In this document: positions 50,105-60,300 of the stretch, one piece after another
How the letters are laid out: every line of letters starts with the position of its first letter
Position numbering within the stretch: the stretch's first letter is position 1
NCBI GenBank assembly: GCA_965242525.1
Contig: OZ251459.1
Span: 1,696,001 to 1,760,000 of the forward strand
Direction: 5' to 3'
DNA length: 64,000 bases
From: an uncultured Candidatus Binatia bacterium
GTDB taxonomy: Bacteria; Desulfobacterota; Binatia; UBA9968; JAJDTQ01
Position numbers and translations under genes: made by a program
The notes under the pieces: model-generated
The model's input: only the letters and a program-made list of their open reading frames with translations
Database searches by the model: none
What the model was told of the DNA's origin: nothing

Positions 50105-51676
50105 ATGGCCGAGCCGAACCGCAGCGCGTCCGGAGCCGCGGGCCGTCCCATCCAGGACATCCGGGAATGGCTCGACCGCGCCGAAGGGATCCAAGAGCTC
50201 ATCCAGATCGAAAAGCCGGTGGACCGGGACGAGGAGATGAGCGCCATCACCTACCTGGTGGCCAAGCAGGACCCGTCGCCGGCGATCCTGTTCGACAACC
50301 CCAGGGGATACGAGGACAGCCCCATCGGCGCCCGGATGCTCTGGAACATCCTGGGTCCCAGCCCGAAACGCATCGCCCTCACCATCGAGGAGCCCCCGGA
50401 GACCCCGACCCTGGAGCTCATCCGCCGGCTCAAGGAGAAGATGAAGGACCGGGTCCCGCCGCGGGAGGTGCCCGCGGCCGAGGCGCCCGTGTACGAGAAC
50501 ACCCTGGCCGAAGACGCCATCGACCTGGAGCAGTTGCCCATCCCCAGGCATTGGCCGCTGGACGGCGGCCGTTACGCGGGCACCGCGGACGCGGTGTTCA
50601 CGCGGGACCCGGACTCCGGCTACCTGAACATCGGCACCTACCGGATGATGCTCCAGGGCAAGCGGGAGGTGGGTCTCTACCTGTCGCCGGGAAAGGACGC
50701 CCGGCTCCACATCACGCGGTGCTGGGAAAAGGGCGAGTCCATCCCGGTGGCCGCGGCGTGGGGCATCGACCCGCTGTTCATGCTGGTGGGCTCCCAGACC
50801 TTTCCCAAGAACGTGTCGGAGTACGAGTTCGCCGGCGGCATCAAGGGAGAGCCCATCCCGGTGGTGCGGGCCCAGACCAGCGACCTGCTGCTGCCGGCCA
50901 ACGCGGAGCTCGTGGTGGAGGGCGTCATCAGGCCCAACTCGGTGAAGACCGAAGGTCCCTTCGGGGAGTTTCCCGGATACTACGGCAGGCCGGAGGCGGG
51001 CTGCCCGCTGGTGGACGTCACCCGGGTGCACTACCGCACCCGCCCGGTGCTGACCAACGCCATCATGGCGGACTATCCCTCCTGCGAGCAGAGCGGCTTC
51101 TTCGCGGTGATCCGGTCGGCGCGCATCTGGGACGACCTGGACAAGCTGGGGATACCCGGGGTCCAGGGCGTGTACGCCCATCCCGCGGGCGCCGGAGGCT
51201 TCGGCATGACCGTCGTCAGCCTGGAGCAGCGCTATGCCGGCCACGCGGCCCAGTGCCTGGCCCTGGCCGCCCAGGTGCCCGGCGGCGCGTACTACACCAA
51301 GTGGATCATCGCGGTGGACGAGGACATCGACCCCACGGACATGGACCAGGTGATCTGGGCCATGAGCAGCCGCTGCAACCCCATCGACGACATCGACGTC
51401 CTGCGCAACACCTGGAGCACCTGGCTGGACCCCACCCAGAACCCGCCGGAGGAACGCCCCTACGGCTCCAAGGCGCTCATCAACGCGTGCAAGGAGCACC
51501 GCTACCTGCCGGTCTTCTCCAAGCGCACCACGCTGCGGCGGGAGATGTACGACCAGGTGGCCCGGCGCTGGAAGGAACTGGGGCTGCGGGGGACCGTCCC
51601 CGAAGTCCGGGCGTTCGAGCAGGAGAAGAAAGTCGTCTATCACGAGCAGGGGGGGTTCGAGCCGGGCAAGAAGTAG
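50105..51676 (+). CDS. UbiD-family decarboxylase
   Basis: DGGRY, NIGTYR, EGPFGEFPGYY, VDEDIDP, LINAC. Confidence 0.93.
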   Translation: MAEPNRSASGAAGRPIQDIREWLDRAEGIQELIQIEKPVDRDEEMSAITYLVAKQDPSPAILFDNPRGYEDSPIGARMLWNILGPSPKRIALTIEEPPETPTLELIRRLKEKMKDRVPPREVPAAEAPVYENTLAEDAIDLEQLPIPRHWPLDGGRYAGTADAVFTRDPDSGYLNIGTYRMMLQGKREVGLYLSPGKDARLHITRCWEKGESIPVAAAWGIDPLFMLVGSQTFPKNVSEYEFAGGIKGEPIPVVRAQTSDLLLPANAELVVEGVIRPNSVKTEGPFGEFPGYYGRPEAGCPLVDVTRVHYRTRPVLTNAIMADYPSCEQSGFFAVIRSARIWDDLDKLGIPGVQGVYAHPAGAGGFGMTVVSLEQRYAGHAAQCLALAAQVPGGAYYTKWIIAVDEDIDPTDMDQVIWAMSSRCNPIDDIDVLRNTWSTWLDPTQNPPEERPYGSKALINACKEHRYLPVFSKRTTLRREMYDQVARRWKELGLRGTVPEVRAFEQEKKVVYHEQGGFEPGKK

Positions 51677-51715
51677 CGCTCGCTCCCCCTTGCCCGGTAC
51701 GATGCCGCAACCGCC

Positions 51716-53460
51716 ATGAGCATGTCCTCGCGCATCCTCTACCAACCCGACGAACGCCCGCCGCAGGTCCTCGCCTTCGGCCTCGGCTGCCAGCAGGCGG
51801 CGCTGTGCATCGCCGCGGTGGTGCTGACCCCGGTCATCGTCATCCGCGCCGCGGACGGAGGCGAACCCTACCTGTCCTGGGCCGTGTTCGCCGCCCTCTC
51901 CATCAGCGGGCTCGCCACCATCCTCCAGGCCGTGCGGGTCGGGAGCGTGGGCGCCGGCTACCCGCTGCTCATGGGGACCTCGGGGACCTTCATCGCGGTC
52001 TGCGTGACCGCGCTGGCGGACGGCGGGCCGGGGATGCTGGCCACGCTGGTGTTCGTCTCGGCGCTCTTCCAGTTCGTGCTCTCGTCGCGGCTCGCCTGGC
52101 TGCGCCGCCTCATCACCCCCACCGTGGCCGGGACGGTGCTCATGCTGATCGCGGTGACCGTCATGCCCATCGTGTTCGACATGCTGAAGGACGTGCCCGA
52201 GGACGCGGCGCCCGCGGCCGCGCCCGTCAGCGCCGCGGTGACGCTGGCGGCCATCGCGGTGCTGGCCTTGCGCGCACCGGGCGCCCTGCGCCTCTGGGCG
52301 CCGGTGGCGGCGCTGGCGCTGGGCTGCGTCACCGCGTCGTTCTTCGGCCTCTACGACACGCGCCTGGTGCTCGAGGCGGACTGGGTGGGCGTCCCCCGGG
52401 GCGGTTGGCCCGGCTTCGACCTGGGCTTCGGACCCACGTTCTGGGCGCTGCTGCCGGCGTTCGTGTTCGCTACACTGGTGGGCGCCATCGAGACCATCGG
52501 CGACTCCATGGCGATCCAGGGGGTCTCCTGGCGCAAGCCCCGGGCCACGGACTTCCGCGAGGTGCAGGGGGCGGTGGCCGCGGACGGCGTCGGGAACCTG
52601 CTCTCCGGCCTCGCCGGCACCGTGCCCAACACCACCTACTCCACGAGCATCGCCATCACCGAGCTCACCGGCATCGCCGCGCGCAGCGTCGGCGTGTGGA
52701 TGGGGGCGGCGTTCGTCGTGGTGGCGTTCCTGCCCAAGGCGGCCGCGCTCCTGCTCGCGGTGCCGGGACCCGTGCCGCGGCCTACCTCACGGCCCTGCTG
52801 GCCATGCTGTTCGTGCTCGGAATGCGCATGGTGGTCCGGGACGACATGGACTACCGCAAGGCGTTCATCGTGGGCGTGTCGTTCTGGATCGGCGTCGGTT
52901 TCCAGAACCAGCTCATCTTTGCCGACCACCTGGGCCCGTGGTGGGGGACGCTGCTCGGCAACGGCATGGCGAGCGGCGGTCTCACCGCGCTCTTCCTCAA
53001 CCTGTTCCTGGAGTTGACCGGACCCCGCCGCTGGCGCATCGAGACCGAACTCGACATCGAGGCCCTGCAAAGGATCGACGGCTTCCTGCGCGAGTTCGCG
53101 GCCGCCCGGGGTTGGCCGGAGGAGGCCTCCGACCGCCTCCGCTCGGCCGGGGAGGAGGCGTTCCTGAGCCTCGTGGACCAGCACCGGCAGGCACGGGAAA
53201 ACGAGCGGCAGGGGAAGCGCCGCCTGTTGACCATGGTGCACGGCGACCGCCGGAGCGCGGAGCTGGAGTTCGTCGCCGCCTCCGGCGACGAGAACCTGGA
53301 GGACGTGATGGTCCTGCTCTCGGAGCAGCCGGGAACCCCGGTGGAGCACGAGATCTCGCTGCGCCTGCTGCGCCATTACGCCTCGTCCGTGCGCCACCAG
53401 CAATACCACGGCACGGACATCGTGACCGTCAACGTCCAGGGCGCGCAAGAGTCCTCCTGA
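51716..53460 (+). pseudogene. NCS2 (xanthine/uracil/ascorbate) permease fused to a degenerate RsbW-like HATPase domain; single-base frameshift near 52774
   Basis: Upstream frame has NCS2 motifs (LITPTVAGTV, ETIGD, ADGVGN, PKAAA); CCC GTG CCG CGG becomes P-V-A-A-A-Y-L with one added G and continues in the frame ending at 53460 (~581 aa); could be a sequencing error. Confidence 0.8.
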
Positions 53461-53619
53461 CCGCCTGCCGGGACGCGCTTCCGGCAGCGCCGGCCTTCGC
53501 GCCGAAAACGCCCGATCGCCCGAAAATCCAAGTTGCCGCATACCCTTGGCCGTGCTATCCTGCGTTCGTCGATGGGCTCCGATTGGCCGCGCCATCAAAC
53601 CGAGGAGAAAGGACGTCCG

Positions 53620-53961
53620 ATGGAAATCCGGGAGGAAAAGACGGGGTCCCTGGTCGTGGTCGCGCTGGAAGGACGCGTGGACGGCCACAGCGGACCGGAG
53701 CTGGAGCAACGGGTCACCGCGATCGTCGAACGCGGCGACGCCCGCGTGCTGCTCGACTGCGAGAAGATGGAGTACATCAGCAGCGCCGGCCTGCGCGTGG
53801 TGCTCGTGGGCGCCAAGAAATGCCAGGCGTCCGGCGGCAAGCTGGCGCTCTGCGCGCTCCAGCCCGCCTGCAAGCAGGTGATGGAGATCAGCGGTTTCCT
53901 GAACATGCTCGACTGCTACGAGACACGCGCCGACGCCTGCGCCGCGGAAGCCGAGGTGTAG
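53620..53961 (+). CDS. STAS-domain anti-sigma factor antagonist (RsbV/SpoIIAA-like)
   Basis: LEGRVD, LLDC..MEYISSAGLR (phospho-Ser), VMEISGF. Confidence 0.93.
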   Translation: MEIREEKTGSLVVVALEGRVDGHSGPELEQRVTAIVERGDARVLLDCEKMEYISSAGLRVVLVGAKKCQASGGKLALCALQPACKQVMEISGFLNMLDCYETRADACAAEAEV

Positions 53962-53963
53962 CC

Positions 53964-54617
53964 ATGCTGACCTTCACCGAAGAGATCATGCTGTTGATGC
54001 TGGACGACGACGGCCTGTTCCTGCCGATCCGCGGCGGCGCGGTGGAGCACATCCTGGCGGGGGCGACGCTGATGGACCTGGCCTTCGCCAACCGCATCGA
54101 CACCGACCCCGAGCAACTCCTGGTCCTCGACCAGACGCCCACCGGCAACCCGATGCTCGACGACACCCTGGAGCGCGTCGCCGGTTCCGGCGAGACCAGG
54201 GACACCCGCGGATGGGTGGACGCGCTGGCCCGGGAGGCGGCGCCCGAAATCCGGCAGCGGGCGCTGGCCAGCCTCATCGACCGCGGCATCCTGGAAGCCC
54301 AGGACGAGAGGTTCCTGTGGGTCTTCCGTTCGCGGCGCTACCCGATGATCGACGGCCGCGTGGAGCGCGAGGCCAAGCTGCGGATCGGGGACGTGCTGCT
54401 GTCCGACGACGTTCCCGACCCCAGGGACGTGGCCATGATCTGCCTGCTGGACGCCTCCGACCTCCTCGGCGACATATTCTCGGAACGGGAGATGGAGCGC
54501 GCCCGGCCCCGGGTGGAGCAACTCCGCAAGATGGACATCATCGGCCGCGAGGTGGGCAGCGTCATCGCCGACATCGAGCACTCCATCACCATGGCCATGG
54601 CGCAAGTGGCGCACTAA
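53964..54617 (+). CDS. GPP34 (GOLPH3/Vps74) family protein
   Basis: LTFTEEIMLL, LAGATLMDL..ANRI, PTGNPMLD, LIDRGIL, FLWVF..RRYP. Confidence 0.85.
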   Translation: MLTFTEEIMLLMLDDDGLFLPIRGGAVEHILAGATLMDLAFANRIDTDPEQLLVLDQTPTGNPMLDDTLERVAGSGETRDTRGWVDALAREAAPEIRQRALASLIDRGILEAQDERFLWVFRSRRYPMIDGRVEREAKLRIGDVLLSDDVPDPRDVAMICLLDASDLLGDIFSEREMERARPRVEQLRKMDIIGREVGSVIADIEHSITMAMAQVAH

Positions 54618-54719
54618 CCGCGGGCCCGCGGAACCGTTGCCGGCCGGGCGCCCGGGCAAGGGGCGGCCCACGCGCCGGCGGCGAACGAACCGGCCGACCG
54701 GCGGCCGCCAAGTCCGCGG

Positions 54720-55571
54720 CTAACCTTCGCGGCCGTCCTCCTCGACTCCCAGCATCCGGCGCACGTCCCCTTCCACTTCGGGGTCCAGTCCCGGGGGCGC
54801 GGTGTCCACCGCGGCCGCCAACCGCTTCACCACCGCCCTCATGGCCGCGAGACGCGCGTACCTCTTGTCGTTGGCGGGAACCGCGACCCAGGGCTGCGGG
54901 ACGGTGGAGGTCTTGCGGAACATGTCCTCGATGGCGGTTTCGTATTCCGACCAGCGGGAGCGGTTGCGCAGGTCTTCCGCGGACAGCTTCCAGCGCTTGA
55001 GGGGGTCGCTCCAACGCTGGCGAAACCGCTCCAACTGCTCTTCCGGAGTGATGTGGAGGAAGATCTTCACGAGACGGATGCCGTCGTCGTCCAGCATGCG
55101 TTCGAACTCGTTGATCTCGGAATAGGCGCGGCTCCACTCGGCCTCCGCGGCGAAGCCTTCCACCCGCTCCACCAGGACCCGGCCGTACCAGGAACGGTCG
55201 AAGACCACCATTTGCCCGGGACGCGGCAGACGCTTCCAGAAACGGTAGAGGTAGTGCTGGCCCTGCTCGTCCGGGGTGGGCGCGGCGATGGGCCAGACCT
55301 TCAGGCCGCGGGGGTCCAGGGGCCAGCTCATGCGCCGTATGACGCCGCCCTTGCCCGCGGCGTCCCAGCCCTCGAACAGGACCACCGAGCGCCGGTGTTG
55401 CGCCCGGTAGGCCAGGGATACTTCCCGCAGGCGCTCCTGGAGCCCGGCGAGCTTGCGCTCGTACTTCTTCCGCCCCACGCGCTTGTCCATGTCCAGGCGG
55501 GACAGGCCCGGCGGCGCGGGCTGTAGCCGGATGGGCGCGCGTTGGCTGAACCACTCCCTGTTCTCTTCCAT
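54720..55571 (-). CDS. ppk2: Polyphosphate kinase 2 family protein
   Basis: FEGWDAAGKGG, FDRSWYGRVLVERVEG, KRWKL. Confidence 0.93.
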   Translation of the reverse strand: MEENREWFSQRAPIRLQPAPPGLSRLDMDKRVGRKKYERKLAGLQERLREVSLAYRAQHRRSVVLFEGWDAAGKGGVIRRMSWPLDPRGLKVWPIAAPTPDEQGQHYLYRFWKRLPRPGQMVVFDRSWYGRVLVERVEGFAAEAEWSRAYSEINEFERMLDDDGIRLVKIFLHITPEEQLERFRQRWSDPLKRWKLSAEDLRNRSRWSEYETAIEDMFRKTSTVPQPWVAVPANDKRYARLAAMRAVVKRLAAAVDTAPPGLDPEVEGDVRRMLGVEEDGREG

Positions 55572-55673
55572 GTGTGCTTCCTGCTCGACGGCGCGGCGGG
55601 TGGAAGACGACCATGGCGCAGGCCGCACGAGCATGAGAGTGGCTGCCGTACGGTTCCAGGGGCGGCCGGGCCG

Positions 55674-57251
55674 TCAGTCGTTGGCCAGCAACCGGCCTCT
55701 GCCCCACTCCTCGTGACGGAAGATGAGCGACTTGATCACCACCGGAACCGCCCTGGCGTCCGGAAGCTCCTGGCCGATATCCACGAAGTCGAAGTCCTTC
55801 AGGTCGATGCCGTCGATGGAGACCACCCCGGCGCCGGGAAGGATCTCCTTGTCGATGATGTTGCCCACCAGCTTGGCGATGTCGGCGTCCAGCACCAGCA
55901 CCAGGGAATGCCCCTGCCGCAGGTGCTCCTTCATGCCCTCCACCACCCCCGCGGCCAGGGTGCGGATGAGCGGGTACGAAGGCCCCAGCTCCCAGTGGAG
56001 CGCCAGCGCCGCGGCCCGGTCGCCTTCCGCCATGTCGAAACGCCGGAGCGCCCCTTCGATGGAGCTCCTCACGTCTTCGACGGACAGGGGCTCGGCTTGG
56101 CGGAAGCGCGGGGTAACCACCTGCAGGTTCCTGAGGGGCAGCAGGGACGGGTCCGACAGGAAAATGGTGTTGCCGCTCACCTGGACCGTGTACTGGGACG
56201 CTCCGATCACCGTGGCCCGGATGCGCACGTCGGGTTCCTCGAACCGCCAGGACTCGCGGGTGGCCAGGTCCAGGGCGCCCGCACGGATCTTGCGCCCCAC
56301 GTGGTTGCCCAGGTCCCCCTTGTCCGCGGTCTCGTATCCGTAGATGTACTCGGAGACCCCGCCGGAGAACTGGACGCGGTGGATGGGGTCCCGGTACGAC
56401 AGCGCGGGGGTCAGCATGAGCTCCTGGGTCAGCGGCGAGAGCGGGCCGCGGTTCAGGACCTCCAGGAGGCAGCCGCTCAACGTGTCGGCCATCCGTTCCT
56501 TCTCGTCCTCCCCCAGCGCCTGGCCCAGCGCCAGCGGCACGCCGCTCGCCCTGCCGATGCGGGCGCCCGCGTCCTCGAGCCGTTCGACCTTCCGGTCGCC
56601 GTCCAGGGCCACCAGCCGCGCCCCCACCTCCAGGGCCGCGGTGTCCACCACCTGTCCGCCCCGGGTGACGGCGATCTTGCTGGTGCCGCCGCCGATGTCC
56701 ACGTTCATGCACGCCACTTGGTCGTCCCGGGCCGACGCCTCCACCGCGCCGGAGCCGAAGGCGGCCAGGATCGCTTCGAGGTTGTGGCCGGCCGTGGCGC
56801 ACACGAACTTGCCCGCCTCCTCCGCGAACAACGCGGCGATGGCCTCGGCGTTCTCCTTCTTGGCCGCCTCCCCGGTGACGATCAAGGCGCCGGTGTCGAT
56901 GTCCTGCCGGGTGAGGCCGGCCCGGGCGTAGGCCTGGCGGATGAAGTCGTCGAGCTTCTCCGTGTCGATGGTGAGCTTGTCCACGTAGGGAGTCAGCAGG
57001 ATCGGCGACTCGTGGACGATCTCCCGCTTCACCACCACGAAACGGCTGGACAGGGAGATCCCCTGCCGGCGGAGGGTCAGCCGGGAGAAGATGAGATGGG
57101 ACGTGGACGAGCCGATGTCGATGCCCACGGAAGCAAGCGAGATGCGCTCGGACTTCCACATGGGATGGTCTTCATCGGGCAGGGGCGCGTGGTCGTGGTC
57201 GTCGTCTCCTTCGTGGCAGATGAGGGGAAGTTGGCTGGGGTCTCCGTCCAT
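55674..57251 (-). CDS. eutA: EutA-like (ethanolamine ammonia-lyase reactivase family) protein
   Basis: SVGIDIGSSTSHLIFS, TGEAAKKENA, FVCATAG, NVDIGGGT, SGGV, IRATVIGA, VPVVIKSL. Confidence 0.85.
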   Translation of the reverse strand: MDGDPSQLPLICHEGDDDHDHAPLPDEDHPMWKSERISLASVGIDIGSSTSHLIFSRLTLRRQGISLSSRFVVVKREIVHESPILLTPYVDKLTIDTEKLDDFIRQAYARAGLTRQDIDTGALIVTGEAAKKENAEAIAALFAEEAGKFVCATAGHNLEAILAAFGSGAVEASARDDQVACMNVDIGGGTSKIAVTRGGQVVDTAALEVGARLVALDGDRKVERLEDAGARIGRASGVPLALGQALGEDEKERMADTLSGCLLEVLNRGPLSPLTQELMLTPALSYRDPIHRVQFSGGVSEYIYGYETADKGDLGNHVGRKIRAGALDLATRESWRFEEPDVRIRATVIGASQYTVQVSGNTIFLSDPSLLPLRNLQVVTPRFRQAEPLSVEDVRSSIEGALRRFDMAEGDRAAALALHWELGPSYPLIRTLAAGVVEGMKEHLRQGHSLVLVLDADIAKLVGNIIDKEILPGAGVVSIDGIDLKDFDFVDIGQELPDARAVPVVIKSLIFRHEEWGRGRLLAND

Positions 57252-57395
57252 CCGGTGGCGTCCTTTCGCGAGTACGAATGAAACCAGCGTCATAACACAA
57301 GCCCCGGCGGGTTGCCATACGCGCCCCGGCCGCGGAGCCCGACGGGATGGCGCCGGGCTTGAGAATCGGGCGAAAAGTCGTAGAATGGGTCCCGC

Positions 57396-60300
57396 ATGGC
57401 GACCCCACCGCACGAACGGGAGTATGGAGAGATACGCGACTTCCTGCGCCGGTTCGTTCGCCGCTTCCGGATGGTCCGGGGCATGGAGGGGTTGTGCCTC
57501 ACCGCGGCCGCGGCGCTGGTGCTCGCGGCTCTCGGCCTCGGGGTGGACGCGGTCAAGGAGCGGCTGCCGTACGCGCCCCTGGCCCTGAGCATCCTCTCCG
57601 GGGCGACGCTGCTGGGGCTGGTCGGCTACACCCTGCTGTGCTTCCTGCGGCCGCACGCGCTGTCGTGGGCGGCCCGTTGCATCGAACGGCAACGACCGGA
57701 GCTGCGCAACAACCTGATCAACTCGTTGCAGCTCTACCCGCAACTCACAGGTCCCGCGGACGCCGCCGGAGCCTCCGCCCCCATGATCCTCGCGCTGGTC
57801 CGGCAGACCCGCGAGCAGGTTCGCGCCATCCGGCTCGCCCACGTGGTGGACTGCCGGCCGTTGAAGGCCAGGGCGCGGCTCCTGGCGCTGGTGGCCGCGC
57901 CGGTCCTCGCCCTGGCCGCGTGGAACCCCGGCTTTCCGGGCCGGACCCTTGCGCTGGTGGCTCATCCGTTGGAGCATCTCCCTCCCGCGGACATCTTCAT
58001 CCACGTGGTGACCCGGGACGTGCGCGTGATTCGCGGGACCTCGGTGGCCGTCGAGGCGGTGACCTCCGGAGCGAAGCCCGGCCGGGTGGTCCTCGCGTTC
58101 CGGCCATCGGCGTCCGGGGACGGAGGCGAAGCCGAGCGGACCGCGGCCATGGAGCGGACCGGGCCGGACCGGTATGCGGCGATGCTGCCCGAGGTAACGG
58201 AAGACCTGGACTACCGGGTGGTCACCGGGCCGTTCGCCTCCCCGTGGTACCGGATCGCGGCAACGGAGCGTCCGGCCGTCACGGACCTCACGGTGACGCT
58301 CTACCCGCCGCACTATACCGGCCTCCCCGACGAGACCCTCGCCGGCGGCAACGTGCGCGGCGTCAAGGGCTCCACCTTGAGCTTCGCCGTCGCCGCCAAC
58401 AAACCCGTGGCCCACGCGGTCCTCGCCCTCGACGACGGACGGGAAGTCCCCCTGAAGCTCACCGGAGACCGCCTCCAGGGCAGCATGGTGCTGTTCCGCT
58501 CGCAGCGGTACCGTATCCGCATGGAGGACCCCTTCGGCTTCGAGAACCTCCCCGCCCCCTACGAGATGCACGCGGTCCCGGACGGCTTTCCCGTGGTGGA
58601 GCTGCTGCGCCCCGCGGAAGACCTGGAAGTGAACGGCGACGAAAGGCTGGTGCTGGAGTACCGGGCGGAGGACGATTACGGGGTCCGGGAGATCGCCCTG
58701 GCGGCCAGGGTCGGCGACCGGGAGGAACGTCTCCCGGTATGGCGCCGGGACCCCGAGCGGACCTTGCAAGACCGTTTCGTCTGGGACCTGGACGCCATGG
58801 GCCTGGACCAGGGCGACGTGGTCACCTACCACCTGGAGATACTCGACAACGACACCATCTCGGGTCCCAAGCTCGGAAGGTCGCGGCCGTTCAGCCTCCG
58901 CCTCAAGGACCTCGAAGTCGAGCACCGGCAGGTCACGGAGATGGTCCGCGGCCTGTCGGACAAGATGCTGGACCTGCTGGCGGACCACCTGGAAAGCGCT
59001 CCGACCGAAGCTCCTCCGGCCGCGGCGGGACCGTCCCCCGAGGACCGGCTGGCCGAGGGGCTCCACCGGATGATGGAGCGCGTGGACGAGGTGATGGCGC
59101 GCACCCGCGACGACCGCATGAGCGACTTCGCCACCTGGTCCGACCTGGAGACCCTGAAGCGCAACCTCGAATACGCCCGCACCGAGTCGCTGGACGAGAT
59201 GCGCCAAGCGTCGTCCGCGGGGGAGCGGGAGCGGGCCCACGACGAGATGGCCACGGACCTGGAGCGCATGTCCATGCTCAGCGAGGACATGAGCCGGCGG
59301 CTCGCGGGACAGAACGCGGCGTCCAACGCCAGGGACATGGTCAAGGGCCAGGAGCGCTTCCTCGATTCGCTGGAAAAGCTCAGGAGCGGCCACAAGGAGC
59401 TGGACGAGGTCCTGGACGAGCTGTCGCGGCTGTCCAGGCAACTCCGGGAGCTCCAGGCGTCGCTCATGCGGTTCGCAAGGGACCTCCCCGGCGAGTTCCT
59501 CAACCCGGAGAGCATGCGGAACATGCCCTTCGCCGACATGCGCTCGGGTATGGACGATATCCGCAGGAAGCTCCGGGAGGGGGACATCCAGGGCGCGTTG
59601 CAGTTGGCGCGGGAACTGTTCAACCAGATGGCGCAGTTGGCGGCCTCCCTCAGGAGCGGCCAGCAGCAGGCCCAGAACTCCATGATGGCGCGGATGCAGG
59701 GAGCCATGAGCCAATCCGGCAACGAACTGCAGCAGATCCTCCGGGAACAGCAGGACATCCTGCTGGGGACCGAGAGCAGCCACGGGGAGAACACGCGGGA
59801 GCTGGAGGAGAGGCGCCGGGAAGCGCTGGAACGGCTGGCGGCGGAGACCCGGGCCAAGCTGGAACCTCTGACCCGTCTCCTCACCGACCGCGAGTTGCAG
59901 GACGCGCAGGGACTGCCCGAGACCGCGGACCGGGACGCCGTGAGCGTCCATCCCCTGTTGGCCGGCCTGCTCTCCATGCTCGCGGACCGGGACTTCGCGG
60001 CCTTCGCCCAACGGTTGGAGCCCGCCCTCGACCAACTCGACCAGCCGCTCACAGAGGACCAGAGGAAGGGGGTGGCGGCCATGGCCGAACTGGCGCGGGA
60101 ATACCGGGACCTGGGCCGGATGGCCGCTCCCGAGATGACCGCGCCCCGGAAGGAGGCGGTCCGGGGCCTCGCCGTCCGGCAGGGGGTCCTCGAGGAACGG
60201 ACCCGGGACTTGGCCGAGAGGCTGCGGCACCTCTTCCAGTTGTTCCCGTCGCTGGACCCGAAGATCGTCAGGGACGTGGCGGAGGCAAGCGGCTTCATGG

